Shown one piece after another: positions 36,765 through 50,433 of a DNA stretch of 64,000 nt. The notes beneath the pieces are model-generated. The model was given only the letters and a program-made list of their open reading frames with translations, searched no databases and was not told the DNA's origin. Made by a program: the position numbers and the translations under genes. Source of the stretch: Massalongia carnosa (lineage: Eukaryota); NCBI GenBank assembly GCA_965645245.1, contig OZ287076.1, positions 682,001 through 746,000 of the forward strand, written 5' to 3'. How positions within the stretch are numbered: the first letter of the stretch is position 1; the number at the start of each line of letters is the position of its first letter.

Positions 36765-38826
36765 AGGCTCCACCTATTCCAATACCTTGTTCTCAGGCCA
36801 GATGCGGGTTATCATCCAAATGCGTTGGCAGCATCAGACAATCGTCAGAAATGAATTATCTTCCTCTTCTTGCAAGCTAAATAACCTGCAGTCCACTTAC
36901 CCGTTCACCATATACATGCCGAACCATGTGAAAAGAGCTTCCTTCTCTGGAAGAAGCCTCATAACTAAACCTTCAGCGCTCTGAACGTCTCTGTAAATGT
37001 ATCTTATAACACACCAATAGGCAAGCTATTCTTCCGTTAATTCAGATTATTCAGGCTGAATATCCGGCTTGATGACCCCCTGAAACATTTTCTCCTCCTG
37101 GCCCACTAACTTCGCTCTAACATTTACAGCTCATTTTCCAAGCAGACTACACTTAAGGGTAATAGAAACCAATGGGCCTCGAATCCGAAGCCAGCCGTCT
37201 TCTACCTACCCTATATTATCTGCCGTCAGCGGCTGCACTTGCATAGCTAGGACCTCCATCACAAAACCATCGACAGCTAGCGTGCCTATAAAATCTCGTG
37301 TATCAACCTTCGCCCATGACCACGACGGCGCTCAATATGTATGTGGTCTTATAGATGATAGCCCATTTTCTTGCTTGCAGCCTCTGATGTGCCAGAGAAG
37401 TTGCGCCAGCAAGATCCGCCGTCACAAGCCGGCGAGATGATGGTCATTAAGGATTTGCTCCATTTTCTACACGATACACGAGAGCGCTATTGATTTATCT
37501 TTCTCTATCGTCAATGCGGCCCATGCGTAGAGCGTAACGATCCGGCTTAAAAGGTGATAGCCTTTGAATTCGGGATCAAAATTACATAGCGAACAGAGCT
37601 CTCGGCTCTTGATCGTCGATGAATGAATAAATCCCCTTTACTCCGGTAGGAAATCCTTTGATTATAGGAGGAATAAACTACTAGAAATGTCCCGCTAGCA
37701 CCGAGAGTGTGGTATTCCCAAAGACGTTAGGAGTGGCCGAATGAAGGACGCGTGGGACTAGAAGACGCTCTTGGACAACCCAGGCGCGGCTGTTAAGATC
37801 GGTAGAGGTCATGTTTAAAAGCCAGAAATGACAGTCGATAAAGGTGTAGAAATTCCAAGAAGCGGTGATCTCACGTGGACGAATAGAAGGGCCACGCTTG
37901 GCGAAGAGCCCGTATTTGGTGATACTCCTGAGGCGGCAACGTTCAAGCGCGAATTTTTGTACATAGTACCCATTTTGGCAACCTTGGAGCGCTAGTTTAC
38001 GGAGTTCTGGATGATGCATAAGGAGTGAATCCAGATATATCGAAAGCCGTATTCACGTGTAACGGTGACAGCATCAACGAGTGTTTGGGGGAGCGAGGAG
38101 AGGGGACACTGGGGTTTTGCATGCGACTCAAGGTGGAGTTTAATGGGTTTGGTGGCGCCCAGCAATGACTAAGTGTAAGGTAAGGGGAAGAGAGATGTTC
38201 CTATACGGTGATGCATAGTAGTACATAAGATCCAGTATTTGGAGATTCTAGATCAAGCAGGCGACTGGATATCAAGAAGCATTCAAGGAGATTTAGTTGC
38301 ATATAGGATGGATATGAATGCAGTCCCAGTACCATTTACAGCAAGTGCCCAGCATGCATTAGATGCTTTACTTGACGAGAGTTCCTGCGGAGCGGTCAAA
38401 TATTTATAATCTTTAAGTCTGCGCCTATAACTTTCTCTAACTAACAGCTGCGAAAGCGACGAACGTGCCTTTCAATGGCTGCATAACGAAATTGCTTATA
38501 AAAGGAGCTGTAGGACCCCGTAGCCAAAGATACGCTCGACGGCATCAAATCACAGATAGAAAAGCAAATCCAGAGAATCAGCACGGAGAGTTGTATCTTC
38601 CGCACTGGAATTTGATACCAGGTGAAAACCCTGCTTGTATTGAACAAACACCAAGCACTCTGTTGTCATCAGAAAACTTCACCCAATGCTTCAAGCTGAA
38701 GTAGCAATGCTACTCCGCAGCGTCTCGGGAGCTAGTCGATGCTGGATAAGACCATTCTTGACCATTTGCAGCGGAGAGCGGTATTCGCTCTCCTTGAAAG
38801 ACGCTCTGACATACATTACGCAGCAT
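36765..38826 (-). pseudogene. Heterokaryon-incompatibility (HET-domain) protein pseudogene; ends approximate
   Basis: Collinear motifs in shifting frames: MLRNVCQSVF, SRLLDL, PYLTLSHCW, SLPQTLVDAVTVTREYGFRYIWIHSLCIIQ, LNSRAWVVQERLLVPRVLH, LAGL*RR..LLWH, Y*APSWSWA; many stops and frameshifts. Confidence 0.85.
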
Positions 38827-39148
38827 ACGAAAGATCAATTGTTTCATCAAAGATAGAATTAAGTTCTTACACAGTTTTGCCACTTTGATACTCAATCTCG
38901 AACCTTCAGCGGAGGTGGCTAACGTTATCTCCGAGCCGAAATGCACTAGGAGCAAATCCTTAGTAAGCGCGTCAATTCGCCGCTACGACTACGAGTACAT
39001 CACAGTCTCCCTCCCGTTGCTTTACCACTTATCGTCACCACTTCCCTATGCTGTCAGCCACTTCGAGCTTCTTTTGTAGATAACTCTGCGGGAGAAGTGT
39101 TGGGCGCACATTCTTCCGGTACCTTCTGAAGCTTTTCCCTTCCCTATC

Positions 39149-41904
39149 ATGACAACGCTCCTACGGCGGTCAGGCAATCTTGCAAGAATCTCGAGGTCAG
39201 TCCGATATTCGAATATTTACCTGTACCTACCATATACGCGGCGTTTTGTTCAACAATCACCGCATCTCAAAGCCATTCAATCGCGATTTTACGCCACCGT
39301 CAAACCCGAAGATCGAGAGAACTCCAAGGATGGAGCAGACACCGGATCGAAGGCAGAGGGTGGCTCGGCGGTAGAAGGGGCGCAGAAAGGAAGTAAAGCT
39401 GCCAGGGGTTTCGAGAATCTATATAGTAATGGGGGTCCGTTGTCGGGGCCCTCGTTTTGGGGCCCGAGTGATGGCTTTGACTCAGTTAAGCTCTCCGAAG
39501 TGGAGCTGAAAGCAATAGAAAGCCTGAAAATAAGACTGAAGAAGATCTTACCTGTTAGCCAGTATGGGAGAATGGAACAAAGCCTTGACCGCATCAAACA
39601 AGAAGGGCTTCCGCCAGAACTAATGGAACTTGCAACGTCTTTGAAAAACGGTGCACCTCTTGACCTAGCGACGGTAGCAAAGCTGATCAGGCTCACTTCC
39701 AAATATGCCATGTATGCCGCGGAGCAACAGGTAAAGCAAGAAAAAAATACTAAAGTCGAAGGCAAAGCAAATGTCACGGCAGACGCTCCGAAGGGCACAA
39801 AACCAACGGGCCAAAGCCCTAAGAAAAAGCAGGATCAACAGAGCAGTTCTGAAGGCTTTAAAATAGGCGATATCAAGATTGATATGGGCACTCTTGTCCT
39901 CACGCTGTTCACTGGGTACCTCCTATATCGCATGGCTATCCCATCCGAAAGTCAAAAGGAGATTACGTGGCAAGAATTCAGAACCACTTTCTTTGACAAG
40001 GGATTGGTTAATAAGTTGACGGTTGTCAATAATAACCGGGTTCGTGTAGAACTTCACCGGGAAGCAACGGCACAAATGTATCCCGAGAGCCCGGCGCAGT
40101 ACAACAATTTTTTCTACTACTTCACCGTTGGCTCCGTCGAGGCTTTTGAGCGAAGATTAGACGATGCGCAGAACGAGCTGAAGATTCCAAACTCGGAACG
40201 AATACCAGTCGCATACACCCATGAAATCTCATGGCTTGGTACGTTCTTGTCATCTGTTGGGCCCACGTTGTTCCTGATTGGTGCTTTGTATTGGATGTCG
40301 AGGCGCGCGGCCGGTGGGTCGGGTGGTCAAAGTGGTATATTTGGGATTGGAAAAAGTAGGGCCAAACGGTTCAACCACGAATCAGACATTCAGACTAAGT
40401 TTAAAGACGTCGCGGGTATGGACGAGGCAAAAGCAGAGATCATGGAATTCGTTAGTTTTCTTAAATCGCCAGGCCGCTTTCAAAGGTTAGGAGCCAAGAT
40501 TCCGCGAGGGGCAATATTATCAGGACCTCCAGGTACAGGTAAGACTCTACTGGCAAAAGCAACCGCGGGAGAGTCGCAAGTACCGTTTTTCAGCGTCAGT
40601 GGCTCAGAATTCATGGAAATGTTTGTTGGTGTTGGCCCTTCTCGGGTTCGAGATCTCTTCGCAAACGCCAGGAAAAACACCCCTTGTATTATTTTCATTG
40701 ACGAGATCGACGCAATAGGCAAGGCACGAGGGAAAGGGAACTTTTCAGGCGGCAATGACGAAAGAGAGAGCACACTCAACCAGATTCTAACGGAAATGGA
40801 CGGCTTCAATACCTCGGAGCAAGTAGTTGTACTAGCAGGTACAAATAGGCCGGATGTTCTTGACAAAGCTTTACTACGCCCTGGCCGATTTGATAGGCAT
40901 ATATCTATCGACAGACCAACAATGGAAGGACGAAAGCAAATCTTCCTTGTTCATCTTGGCAAGATTGTTACAGGCGAGAACATGGACCACTTGACCGGCC
41001 GGCTATCTGCTCTCACCCCTGGCTTCTCCGGTGCAGACATAGCAAACTGTGTCAACGAAGCTGCTCTAATAGGTGGGTTCCCTTCCCCTCTTCATCTTCT
41101 AGAAAAGCTGCTAACCTCCTTAAAACAGCCGCCCGCACAAGCGCAGACAAAGTGGCGATGATTCACTTTGAACAAGCCATTGAGCGCATCATCGGTGGAT
41201 TAGAGAAGAAATCTCTTGTCCTCCGCCCGGAGGAAAAGCGAGTTGTCGCCTACCACGAAGCCGGCCACGCCATTTCGGGCTGGTTCCTAAAGTTCGCTGA
41301 TCCCTTGCTCAAAGTTTCCATCATCCCGCGCGGACAAGGGGCGCTCGGCTATGCACAGCTTCTCCCTCAAGGCGACGTCTACCTCATGAATGTGAACCAG
41401 TTGATGGACCGCATGGCGATGACGCTAGCGGGCCGCGTGTCCGAGGAGTTACATTTCGACACGGTGACGAGCGGCGCCTCGGACGACTTTAATAAGGTAA
41501 CGCGCCTGGCGACGAGCATGGTGACACGGTGGGGGATGTCGGCTAAGATCGGGCATCTGCACTACGAGGACGATGAGCAGAAGCTGCACAAACCCTTCAG
41601 CGAGGAGACGGCGCGCAACATCGATCACGAGGTGCGCCGTATCGTCGACGAAGCCTACACCCTGTGCCGTGACCTGCTCACCGCCAAGAAGCGCGAGATC
41701 GGCCTCGTGGCCGAGGAACTGCTCGCCAAGGAGGTGCTCGGGCGTGAAGATCTAATCCGCATTTTAGGGAAGCGGCCGTTCGAGGAGAACAAGGAGTTTC
41801 AGAAGTACTTTGACGGCCCCGGCACAAAGAGCGCGCCGCCACCGCCGCCGACGGAAATTGATGAATCTCCAACCACACCTGGGATACCAAGTCCGGTGAT
41901 TTGA
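39149..41904 (+). CDS. AFG3: Mitochondrial inner-membrane m-AAA protease (AFG3/YTA12, FtsH family)
   Basis: [11 protein letters not shown], Walker A GPPGTGKT, Walker [19 protein letters not shown], zinc motif HEAGH; intron 41073-41128. Confidence 0.93.
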
Positions 41905-43188
41905 GCACGGTTTTGGTTGAAAGGGGGAGGGAAGGGATTGAGCTGATAGGGGGATGAGGGGTGAGTGAATGGAAGCTGGGGGGTGCCTATGGGGGGGTTG
42001 GGGGGTGGCAGAGATGGGCGGAGGAGCGCAAGCACCCGCTCAGAGGAGACAGAGAGGAAAGCTAGGGGAAGAATCCCCGAGGAGATCCTTGAAAGTCTCA
42101 ACCCAAATTCAAATTTCCAATTCATCGATCCATAGCAAAACACCAACCCACCCACCCACTCATCTATTCCAGCAAGCAAGCAAGCAAGCAAGCAAGCAAC
42201 TCACTTTAGTTTATCCCATCTCTTTCATCTCCAAAGGGAGAAAAAAAAATCGGAGCCTCTTCAAGCTCATTTTTTCTACTGGGTCAGGGGCTTTTCCATT
42301 GTTGGCGGAAGCTTGTACGGTTAGCTTTTGTTGTTGTTGGTGGTGCTGGTGCTGGTGCTGGTGGTGTTGAATTTACGGCTAGGTAGGTAGATAGGTAGGT
42401 AGGTATCTCAGTCAAGCTAAGCAAGCAAGTAGGATGTATGTATGGCGTTACCTACCTACTCCAGGCTACCTACCTTAAAGCCACATACACATCTCCACCA
42501 ATCGAAGCCAGTTGTCAAATACCGTCCCTTCCTCCTTCCCCTATCTTTCTATTTTTCGTCTTCCGTCCAGCCAGCCAGCGGAATCTCCTACTGGCGAAGA
42601 ATATGTACATGTGTGCGTGTGGATGAGAGCGAGGAGGTCTCTTTTGGTTTTGTTTTGTGCTTGTTCTGTTTGGGTCATTTCGATTTAGGTTGGTTGGGTG
42701 GTTACATTGTTAGTTAGTTGGTTGTGTTGTGTTGTTTTGGTGAGCCAGTTATCTAATCTAGTCGGGTAGGTGATTGATTCTAGGGGATGGCGGAGTGATA
42801 AGAAGGTGGATGTATGTATAGATGGATAGATGTTCATAATGTGAGAATGGAAAGAATGGTGTTTTGGTTTATAGGACGGTAAAAACTTGAAAACTAAGCA
42901 TGTAAAATAAAGCCCCTTCTATTGGGAATATATGATTTTTTTCCTCGTGAGTACCTATGTTTGAGCAGTATTGTAACAGTGGGGAGATGAGGGAAGTGGT
43001 TATGAGTAATCTTATACAGCGTCCAGCCCGTCTTGATAGAAATGACATATATTTCACATTCCCATCCACAATAACGCAGATAAATCGTATTAAACAACAA
43101 CATATAAATAACCCCGCTTCTCCCCTCCAAAAAATCACCCCCACCAGAACTGAAGGACCTGCCTTCATGGAGCAACATGCCAACCATC

Positions 43189-46100
43189 TTATGCCGGCCG
43201 GCCCGCATTCTCCGGCGTCAGTGGCGGGACATCCACACCGTCCGCGAACGGCGCATAGCTCATACTGGTCATATCGGCCCAGTCCCAATCCAGCGTCATA
43301 GGCATCTGCCATAGATCCTGCGGCACGAACGGCTGCTGAAACGCGGCCATGTTGAGCAAAGGCGATGGCTGGCCGTCAGAAGAGGCGTGGTGGCCATCGG
43401 AAGGGGGGTACTGCTGATGTTGGAAGTCGATTGAGAAGTTCGGGGTCAGGCCGTTGCTTTGAGGCGGGCTCATCAGATTCTGGAATGCGTCCGGGGAGGA
43501 AGGGAAATTGAGGGGATGGGGAGGTCCACTGGAGAGGGATTGGGAGGAGAAGCTGTGGAGGGAGGGGTCGAAGGGTGGGTTCGTGAAGTCGTTAGCAGAG
43601 AAGTTAGGGGTGAACAAGTTCGTCGGAAGAGGCGTATCGTTGGCGGAGAGCGGGGTGCGTGGATTGTTATGTGGATTTGGAAGTGGGCTAGGGGTGGGTG
43701 GGTCGTCAGCGAGGTCTTTGGTTTTCCGCTTTCTCCGATGGGAATCCTTGGTTCCCTTTTCGAGGACGACTTTGGCGATGCGTTCGAACTCGGAGCAGAT
43801 GCCTAGCATGCGCTTAACGCCTCCGTGCTCGTCGGTCGCGGGTAGCTGCGCCAAGAAGCTCACAACTTCATTCATTAGTCTTACGTCTGTCCGGGCTCGA
43901 GGGTCTTGCGGGTTTTGCAGTATGTTTGCAAATAATGTGACCAATGCCGATACCGGGAAATAGAGTATCAACCTATATATTCATTAGTGTTAATCGCACA
44001 ACGAAAGTTAGCATAAGATTTACCAGACACAAGAGTAATCACCCTCAGGAACGTATTTGAGTAGGTGAATAGATGCTCTTGCCGCTTGCACACAAAGTGC
44101 GGCTGAAGAAAATACCCTTGGATTCAGCGGCCTTGCATTGAGCCCCTGAATGGCATAATTTGAAAGTCTGCTTGTCCAGTATCCATGGTGAACGGACATG
44201 CGATGAATGGTAGTAAGGCAGTTGTAATATGCAAAGTGTAGTACAACAATATGGAGAACTAATGGGGTATGTGAAGCTTTTATCTCGTGTTCGGGCCGAA
44301 AATCCAATGGAATTCCTTCTTTCCAATCCTCCAACTCTTTATCGAGCTCACCGATAGTATTCAACAAAGTGCCATCCGACTGCTTCGACGCTTTTGAGGA
44401 ATAAAGTTGCCGATATACCTTGCTCTCAATAATAGCGAACGTGCACATGAGCCGAAAAAGATTTGTATTTCCCTTCCCATCAGCAAGCGGAATGTTCCCA
44501 ATATTGTCGTTCGGGTTCTCGGTTGGCAGTTCCACGTTCATATCATCGTCGTCTTGCGCGGGAGGTCGACCTGATCGGAGGCAAATGCTATCGACAGTCA
44601 GAGGCAAAAACGAAAAAAAAACCCTCCATTCTCATGCGCTCACTCTTTATCCACAAGATAGGCAATCCAGAACACTCGCTTTCGCTGCTCGATCTCTACC
44701 GGATTGAGATTGAACCCCGATCCTCGCTTATGAAGACCTATGCTATGTGCAAGGCGGATTGCTGCTGCGACGAGAAAGAACGAAGGCTGAGGATTAGGGG
44801 TTCCTAACAGGAATAAGGCCTAATTAAACCATAAGTATCTACCCTAAAAGAAAATTTCAGACTTCAAAAGAATTACCATGCCGAGTAGAGCTTGAACGCT
44901 AAGGAGATCTGTGTTACGCATAGTAAGTTCTGTAAGAACTCCCATTGCATTTTTAAGGAAGCCCCAAGCCTTTTTGTCTTCTTCTTGTGGAACAAGATTA
45001 CTCATTACTCGTAATCGATGAGCAATCGCAAGGGCAATATTCAGACTCGCCCACCACCCTGAACCTTCGTAAGGGTCTCTTGAATAGTGTCTGATTACAA
45101 GGTGCATGAAAGTGGGTTCATGAAAAAGCGGAAACATGCAGTTAAAATTCTCGAAGAAATCTTTGAGCAGCGAAAGGGCTTCGTCGCGGGGAGGAAGCGG
45201 CGTATATGTTCGACGAACAAACATGTCACTGAATATCTCCGGTCTCCAGTACACCCACTTATTATCGTCCACGGCCGCCGACGAAATCATCTCTTGAAAT
45301 GAACTATCACCAGTTTTCTCATTGACCCATTGAATTCCTTTCGGCGAGAAGATGGAGAAACCAGAAGATGACCCTGCAGTAGATAAGCCTGAATTGACCA
45401 GCGGAAGGCTCTAAGCCTACCTATATATCTAGTTTCGCCGCAATTGTTCGTCACAAGAGAGCACATCATGTCTGAGAGAGCTTCAACCTCTTCTTCAGGT
45501 TCCTTGCTGGGTTCTGGAGAGGTTGTGGAACGATTCGGAGTGGGAGGTTTCTCCATTTGAGGCGTAGCATGATGCGATCCATTCGAGCTAAGAACTTGAC
45601 TAATAGATGCTGACCTATCCGGAGAGATTCCGTCACGACTCGGAACGTATGTTTTATCGGCAAGCCTCTTCTCCAACGTCCCCAGATCCTTGTCGCCATC
45701 CTCCTCGTTCAAAAGCCCGGATAATTTGAGTAAGGACTCCATCCTGCCCAGGCGGTTCTCGAGGCCCTCAATATATTTCGCTCTGATTCATTGCCGTTAG
45801 CTTAATACTCCTGCAAGTCATGAACCGAACACAAACCCTTTTGGAGGATTGCGTTTTTTTTCCACCTGCGTGAAGATACACTCGGTCTTGTAGTTTATGC
45901 AATGCAAACACTTCGGCATCTGTCCGTTACATTTGATCTTCTTTTTCCGACACATATCACAAGCCTGAAATTCCGTAATCAACACTAGATTGCACTACTC
46001 AGTGCAACTTGGGGTTCCCATACACGTGCAATTCTTCTCCTCTTCGCATCTGTGCACTCTTCTAGCCCCTCAACATGATCATCTGTAAAGTACGGGCCTC

Positions 46101-46215
46101 CGCCAAAGCTCTGCGTCGTCGGCGATCCATTTAGAGCAGACCCTCCAAATATCCGAGGAGGAGGGTTTGTGAGGTGAGGAGGGTTAAAGGCTTGTTGGTT
46201 CTGGAAGGAATCCAT
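43189..46215 (-). CDS. atrR: Zn(II)2Cys6 transcription factor with fungal TF middle domain, AtrR-like
   Basis: [68 protein letters not shown] and [25 protein letters not shown] closely recall Aspergillus AtrR; several GT-AG introns. Confidence 0.85.
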
Positions 46216-48824
46216 GGCGAACTAGCCTGTGCTGTGCGAATAAAATATGGGCGGTTTAGGCGATTTGGGCGGTCTAACGAGCAGGGCTTTCGTAACCAAT
46301 TCTTCATGCCATAATAGTAGTCATTCGTGACATTAGATCATGAAGTTGCTTTTTTAACATCTCTAGCCGTCAATACGGGTAGGAGACATGGCAAATCCAT
46401 AGGAACAAAATGGCAATCATGAGCTAATGGGGGTTGGGAATCTTCTTCATTAAAGCTTTTCGCTCTTCATGGACGGTGATAGCTATATATCTTTTAGCAA
46501 CCTTAGGCAGCGATTTTGATATGTCAGCGAAATCCCTCACGGGTCGCTTCACCTAGGATAGCCTACGTCAGGTTATCAACGCTAAGCCAATAAACTTCCT
46601 TAGTCCTATGCAATCGCTAATCAGGGCTAGTGCAACAAATGAACGCTGATCGTTATGGCCTGCAGTGCTGTTAATGTCTCCCGTCTAGTGATTTCTGGCG
46701 AACTCCCGCCTTCCTTTGTGAGATGCTCCAGATCCTCCCCGCCCTCTCCCTAAATCCCGCCCCATTTCAGCATAAATGAAAGCTACGAACCATATTTCTA
46801 TCGTGATGGCAGGATACTCGTACAACACCACAGAGGGCAAGAATTCGGATTCAGTGCCTGAACCGTCATTTACCGCTGTGATGAGTTGGTGGCTATCAAA
46901 AAATGTCTCGTTTATGATGCTTGAAAATTCGGTGAGTGGAAAGAGTTGATTCATGGAAGATAAGTATTTAAAGTATTTTATGTTTTATTCTTCATGGCAT
47001 GATAAAAACCAGCAACAGATACCTTTAAAAGATTTTGAGCTTGCAAGGGTTCAGCTTCCACGCGAAAGGAAATCGATATTTCCTCTTAGGAGTTCCGGGT
47101 CTTTCATTTACCACAGATTACGAACCTGGTCTTTGGAGAACTGATGCCAACCGCAGGTCTCACCTTGCGATAAGGATATGACATATATTCGAGGCACGCA
47201 AAAGCACCTAGGGAGGTTGTGTTACTTGCGGAGTTCTTTTCCCGTCGTCCCTCCTCTTCGCCCTCAAGACTCCATACCAAAGATCCCATGCGGCACGGCT
47301 GTATCCGACAGAGTGGTGAAATAAGTCTCTGTCGTGGTATAGGTGTCATCCTCGCCAATCTCGAAGGGCTGCACGGATCAATTCTTCGTCATGTGAACCG
47401 ATTTGCCACTTTCGGCCATTTTTCTTGGTTGAACAGCAGACTCCTACGTGACCCTCGAGATGCTATTTGTACTGATACCCGATATTCCTCCAAGCCGATG
47501 ACGGGAGCCGAAGGATGATTAGCAGGAAGCCGTTTAGGAAAGCCCTAAGCATGTGCGAATGATGACCACCTCGATTTTGACCGTGATGTAATCATGAGTG
47601 AGCGACAGAATCGTCAAACCTTACCAACGCACGGATATGATACCTGATTAAGCTCACCTATGAATAGAAGTGAGCTACATAAGTTCGTTCTGAGGGAGCT
47701 TGAATTGGGTAAAGAGCCTATTTTGTTGTAGTGTTATAGTAAAAACAATGTATAATCTAAAAAAGCTTAAGATTGTGACACCAGCTCGATGATCAATCAA
47801 GAAAATTAAGGATCAGGAACAGCAGGGAAATCTTGGACATGATTTAAGCAGTCAAACCTCGGCAGAGCACGAAAGAACAAGAATTGCAAGACCAATAACA
47901 ATAATGAAAGCTGTAAAAAACAATAATGAGGATCGCCGTCCAAAGCTGATCGAAAATTCCATGATTGCAGTCTTATTTGAGCCAGCAGATCCCCTGGTTA
48001 TGCTGCATGTTGGGACCTTGAAAGTACATGACAAAGCTGAAGCTATTCACACTCCAAATCATTTGATGCTTGACCGGAATCGCAATCGCATAGCTTAGAT
48101 CGAATGGTCACCACTAAACTCCTATTTTTTCTCGGGTTCTGTATTTCTGCATGATGTAAGTCTTGTGCCACGACTCGCTTCTCTTGATGTTCCATAGATG
48201 CTTCAAAAGCACAAATCCAATCGATTTAGGAAGTAGGCTGTCGTACTCGTGCCGCTGGATAATTATCGCTTCCAAAGCATTATTAAGTTAGCTGAACAAA
48301 TAGAAAGCTGGCTGCTTAAATCGGTCTGTACGTGGGTTGACTACGTTGTTAGTTGAGGAGCTTCATGGCAGGCGGTATATGGTCGTCTTTGGAGGAGGAA
48401 AAAAAGGAAAGAAAAGACATGGGAAAAATCATTTAGTAAACGGGTTTGAGGCAGCAGATTTTGAATCAAGTTGTTAATGGTAAAGTCAATGAATAAAAAA
48501 TAGAATTAAAAGTTGTGACTAAGGCTCGAAAAGAAATCAGAGCTGGTAGGTGAAAATTTGTTCTCCATGAAGATAGCGCATCACGTAGCCCTTAATAAAA
48601 TGAATAGCAAGAGTACTTCAAGATCTGAATCCCACCGAAGGCAAAGCCCTCGGTTTTTTAATAAAAAAAAAAGCAGTGGAGATATATTCCTTAGCATACC
48701 TCCCTTGCCTAATACCTTACAAAAACCCTCAGATGACCACCCAACACCATGCTAAAATCAGAATCGCGGCTAATGTACAACTCCTCGTTTAAGAAAACAC
48801 CTCGAAGCAAACCCACTCTGTTTT

Positions 48825-49317
48825 TCAATGTTTTTCCAAAAACTCCTTCGCCTCGTTCACTTTTGTCGCGAGATATGGACTGCCTCCCCGGTCGGGATGG
48901 TTCAGTAGCATGATCTGCCGATGGTTCTTGCGGATTTTCTCCTTTGTCAATGCCCTTTCGCTATATTCCCCATCTCACCGAATCAGCCTCTCTACAGCTT
49001 TTCCTAATGAAACCAAAGAAGCGAGCCGGATATCTCCCAAACGGTACATACGAACCTTAGCTGCAAAATCAGCGCAGCTTCCCTCCTGTTCATCTTAGAC
49101 TCGAATCCACCTTTATAGTATGCCTTTCCCAGCATTCCAGCGCCTGCTGCACCACCCCGGTATTTACGGAAGGCGACCAAACCTGCTCGGCCCTGCGTTT
49201 ATAAAACGCGTAAGTAGGATGAAACCTTACCAAAAAATATAAGGGGAGACGGGGGGCTTCTCGTACAAAGAATGCGGCGGCGGCGACTCCCACCCCTACC
49301 GCAACGACGGCGGCCAT
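48825..49317 (-). CDS. PAM18: Mitochondrial import motor J-protein Pam18/Tim14, 3 exons
   Basis: [65 protein letters not shown]. Confidence 0.93.
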
Positions 49318-49597
49318 GCCTTGCTTCTCCGCTTTGCTTGAGTTTTCGGCCGTTGTGGTTCGTATAGGTTTGAAAAGTGACGGATATTGTCAAATACCTA
49401 AATTGGAGGAGAGGTGGAGTTTTGATTGGAATCTGATGGATTGGAAAGAGGCGGAGATGTTATATTTGCGATTTGCCCGCATCATCCTTGTTCCTCGCTA
49501 AACTAGCGATACCTACGCTAGCGTCATCTTGAATTCCTAACATCGTGCGATATCTTGCCTTCAAAACACCAATACTCTTAAGCTCACTCCTACGAAC

Positions 49598-50433
49598 ATG
49601 AGGGTGCGTTAAATCCCCAACCTCAGTCTCCGAAAATCCATCTAACCAAAACTCACAGATCGAAACCTGTTACTTCTGCTCGCAGCCATGCTACCCTTCC
49701 AAAGGTAAGTTTCTGTCTTGAGGTTAACTCGAAGACAAATCTCTAACCCAGAGTTAGGAATCACATTTGTGCGCAACGATGCTCGGGTCTTCAAGTTTTG
49801 CCGGAGTAAATGTCATAAAAATGTCTATCCCTCCTACCTATACATAAGTCAAGAATAAGACATTTGCTAAGACAAGTTTCGCAAATTAGTTCAAAATGAA
49901 ACGAAACCCCCGCAAAGTACCCTACACCCCCCCTCCTTTCATCTCCCCAAACACCCCTTCCCCAAAGTTCCACTTCTCTAACAAAAACCAAACAGCTCAA
50001 ATGGACTAAATCCTTCCGCAAATCTGCCGGCAAGGAGATGATCGTCGATAGCACTCTCCTCTTCGCCGCGCGCCGCAACGTGCCCGTGCGCTACAACCGC
50101 CCCCTTGTCGCGACGACGCTCAAAGCGATGGAACGCGTGGCCGAAGTGCGCGCGCGCCGCGAACGGGTCTTCTACAAGACGCGCATGGCCGGCAACAAGG
50201 AGCGGGCGCGACAAGCGGATCGCAAGCTGGTGGCGGAACATGCGCATTTGTTGCCGCGGGTGAGAGGCTCGGTGAAGGCGATGGCGGAGAGGGAGGCGGA
50301 GGTGCAAGGGAGGGAGACGGTGATGGAGGTGGAGGAGGTGGTAAGGGTGGAGGCGAAGTTGAGGAGGAGGCAGATGGTCAAGCAGCGATTGCTGGTGGGA
50401 GGAGGGGTGGAGGAGAGGATGGATGTCGATTGA
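49598..50433 (+). CDS. RLP24: Ribosome biogenesis protein Rlp24, 5 exons
   Basis: [79 protein letters not shown]. Confidence 0.95.

Noticed and set aside
1327..49317. Apparent clustering of mitochondrial genes (CLU1, P-loop ATPase, AFG3, PAM18)
   Set aside because: Spread over 48 kb among unrelated genes; no shared motif seen, compatible with chance.
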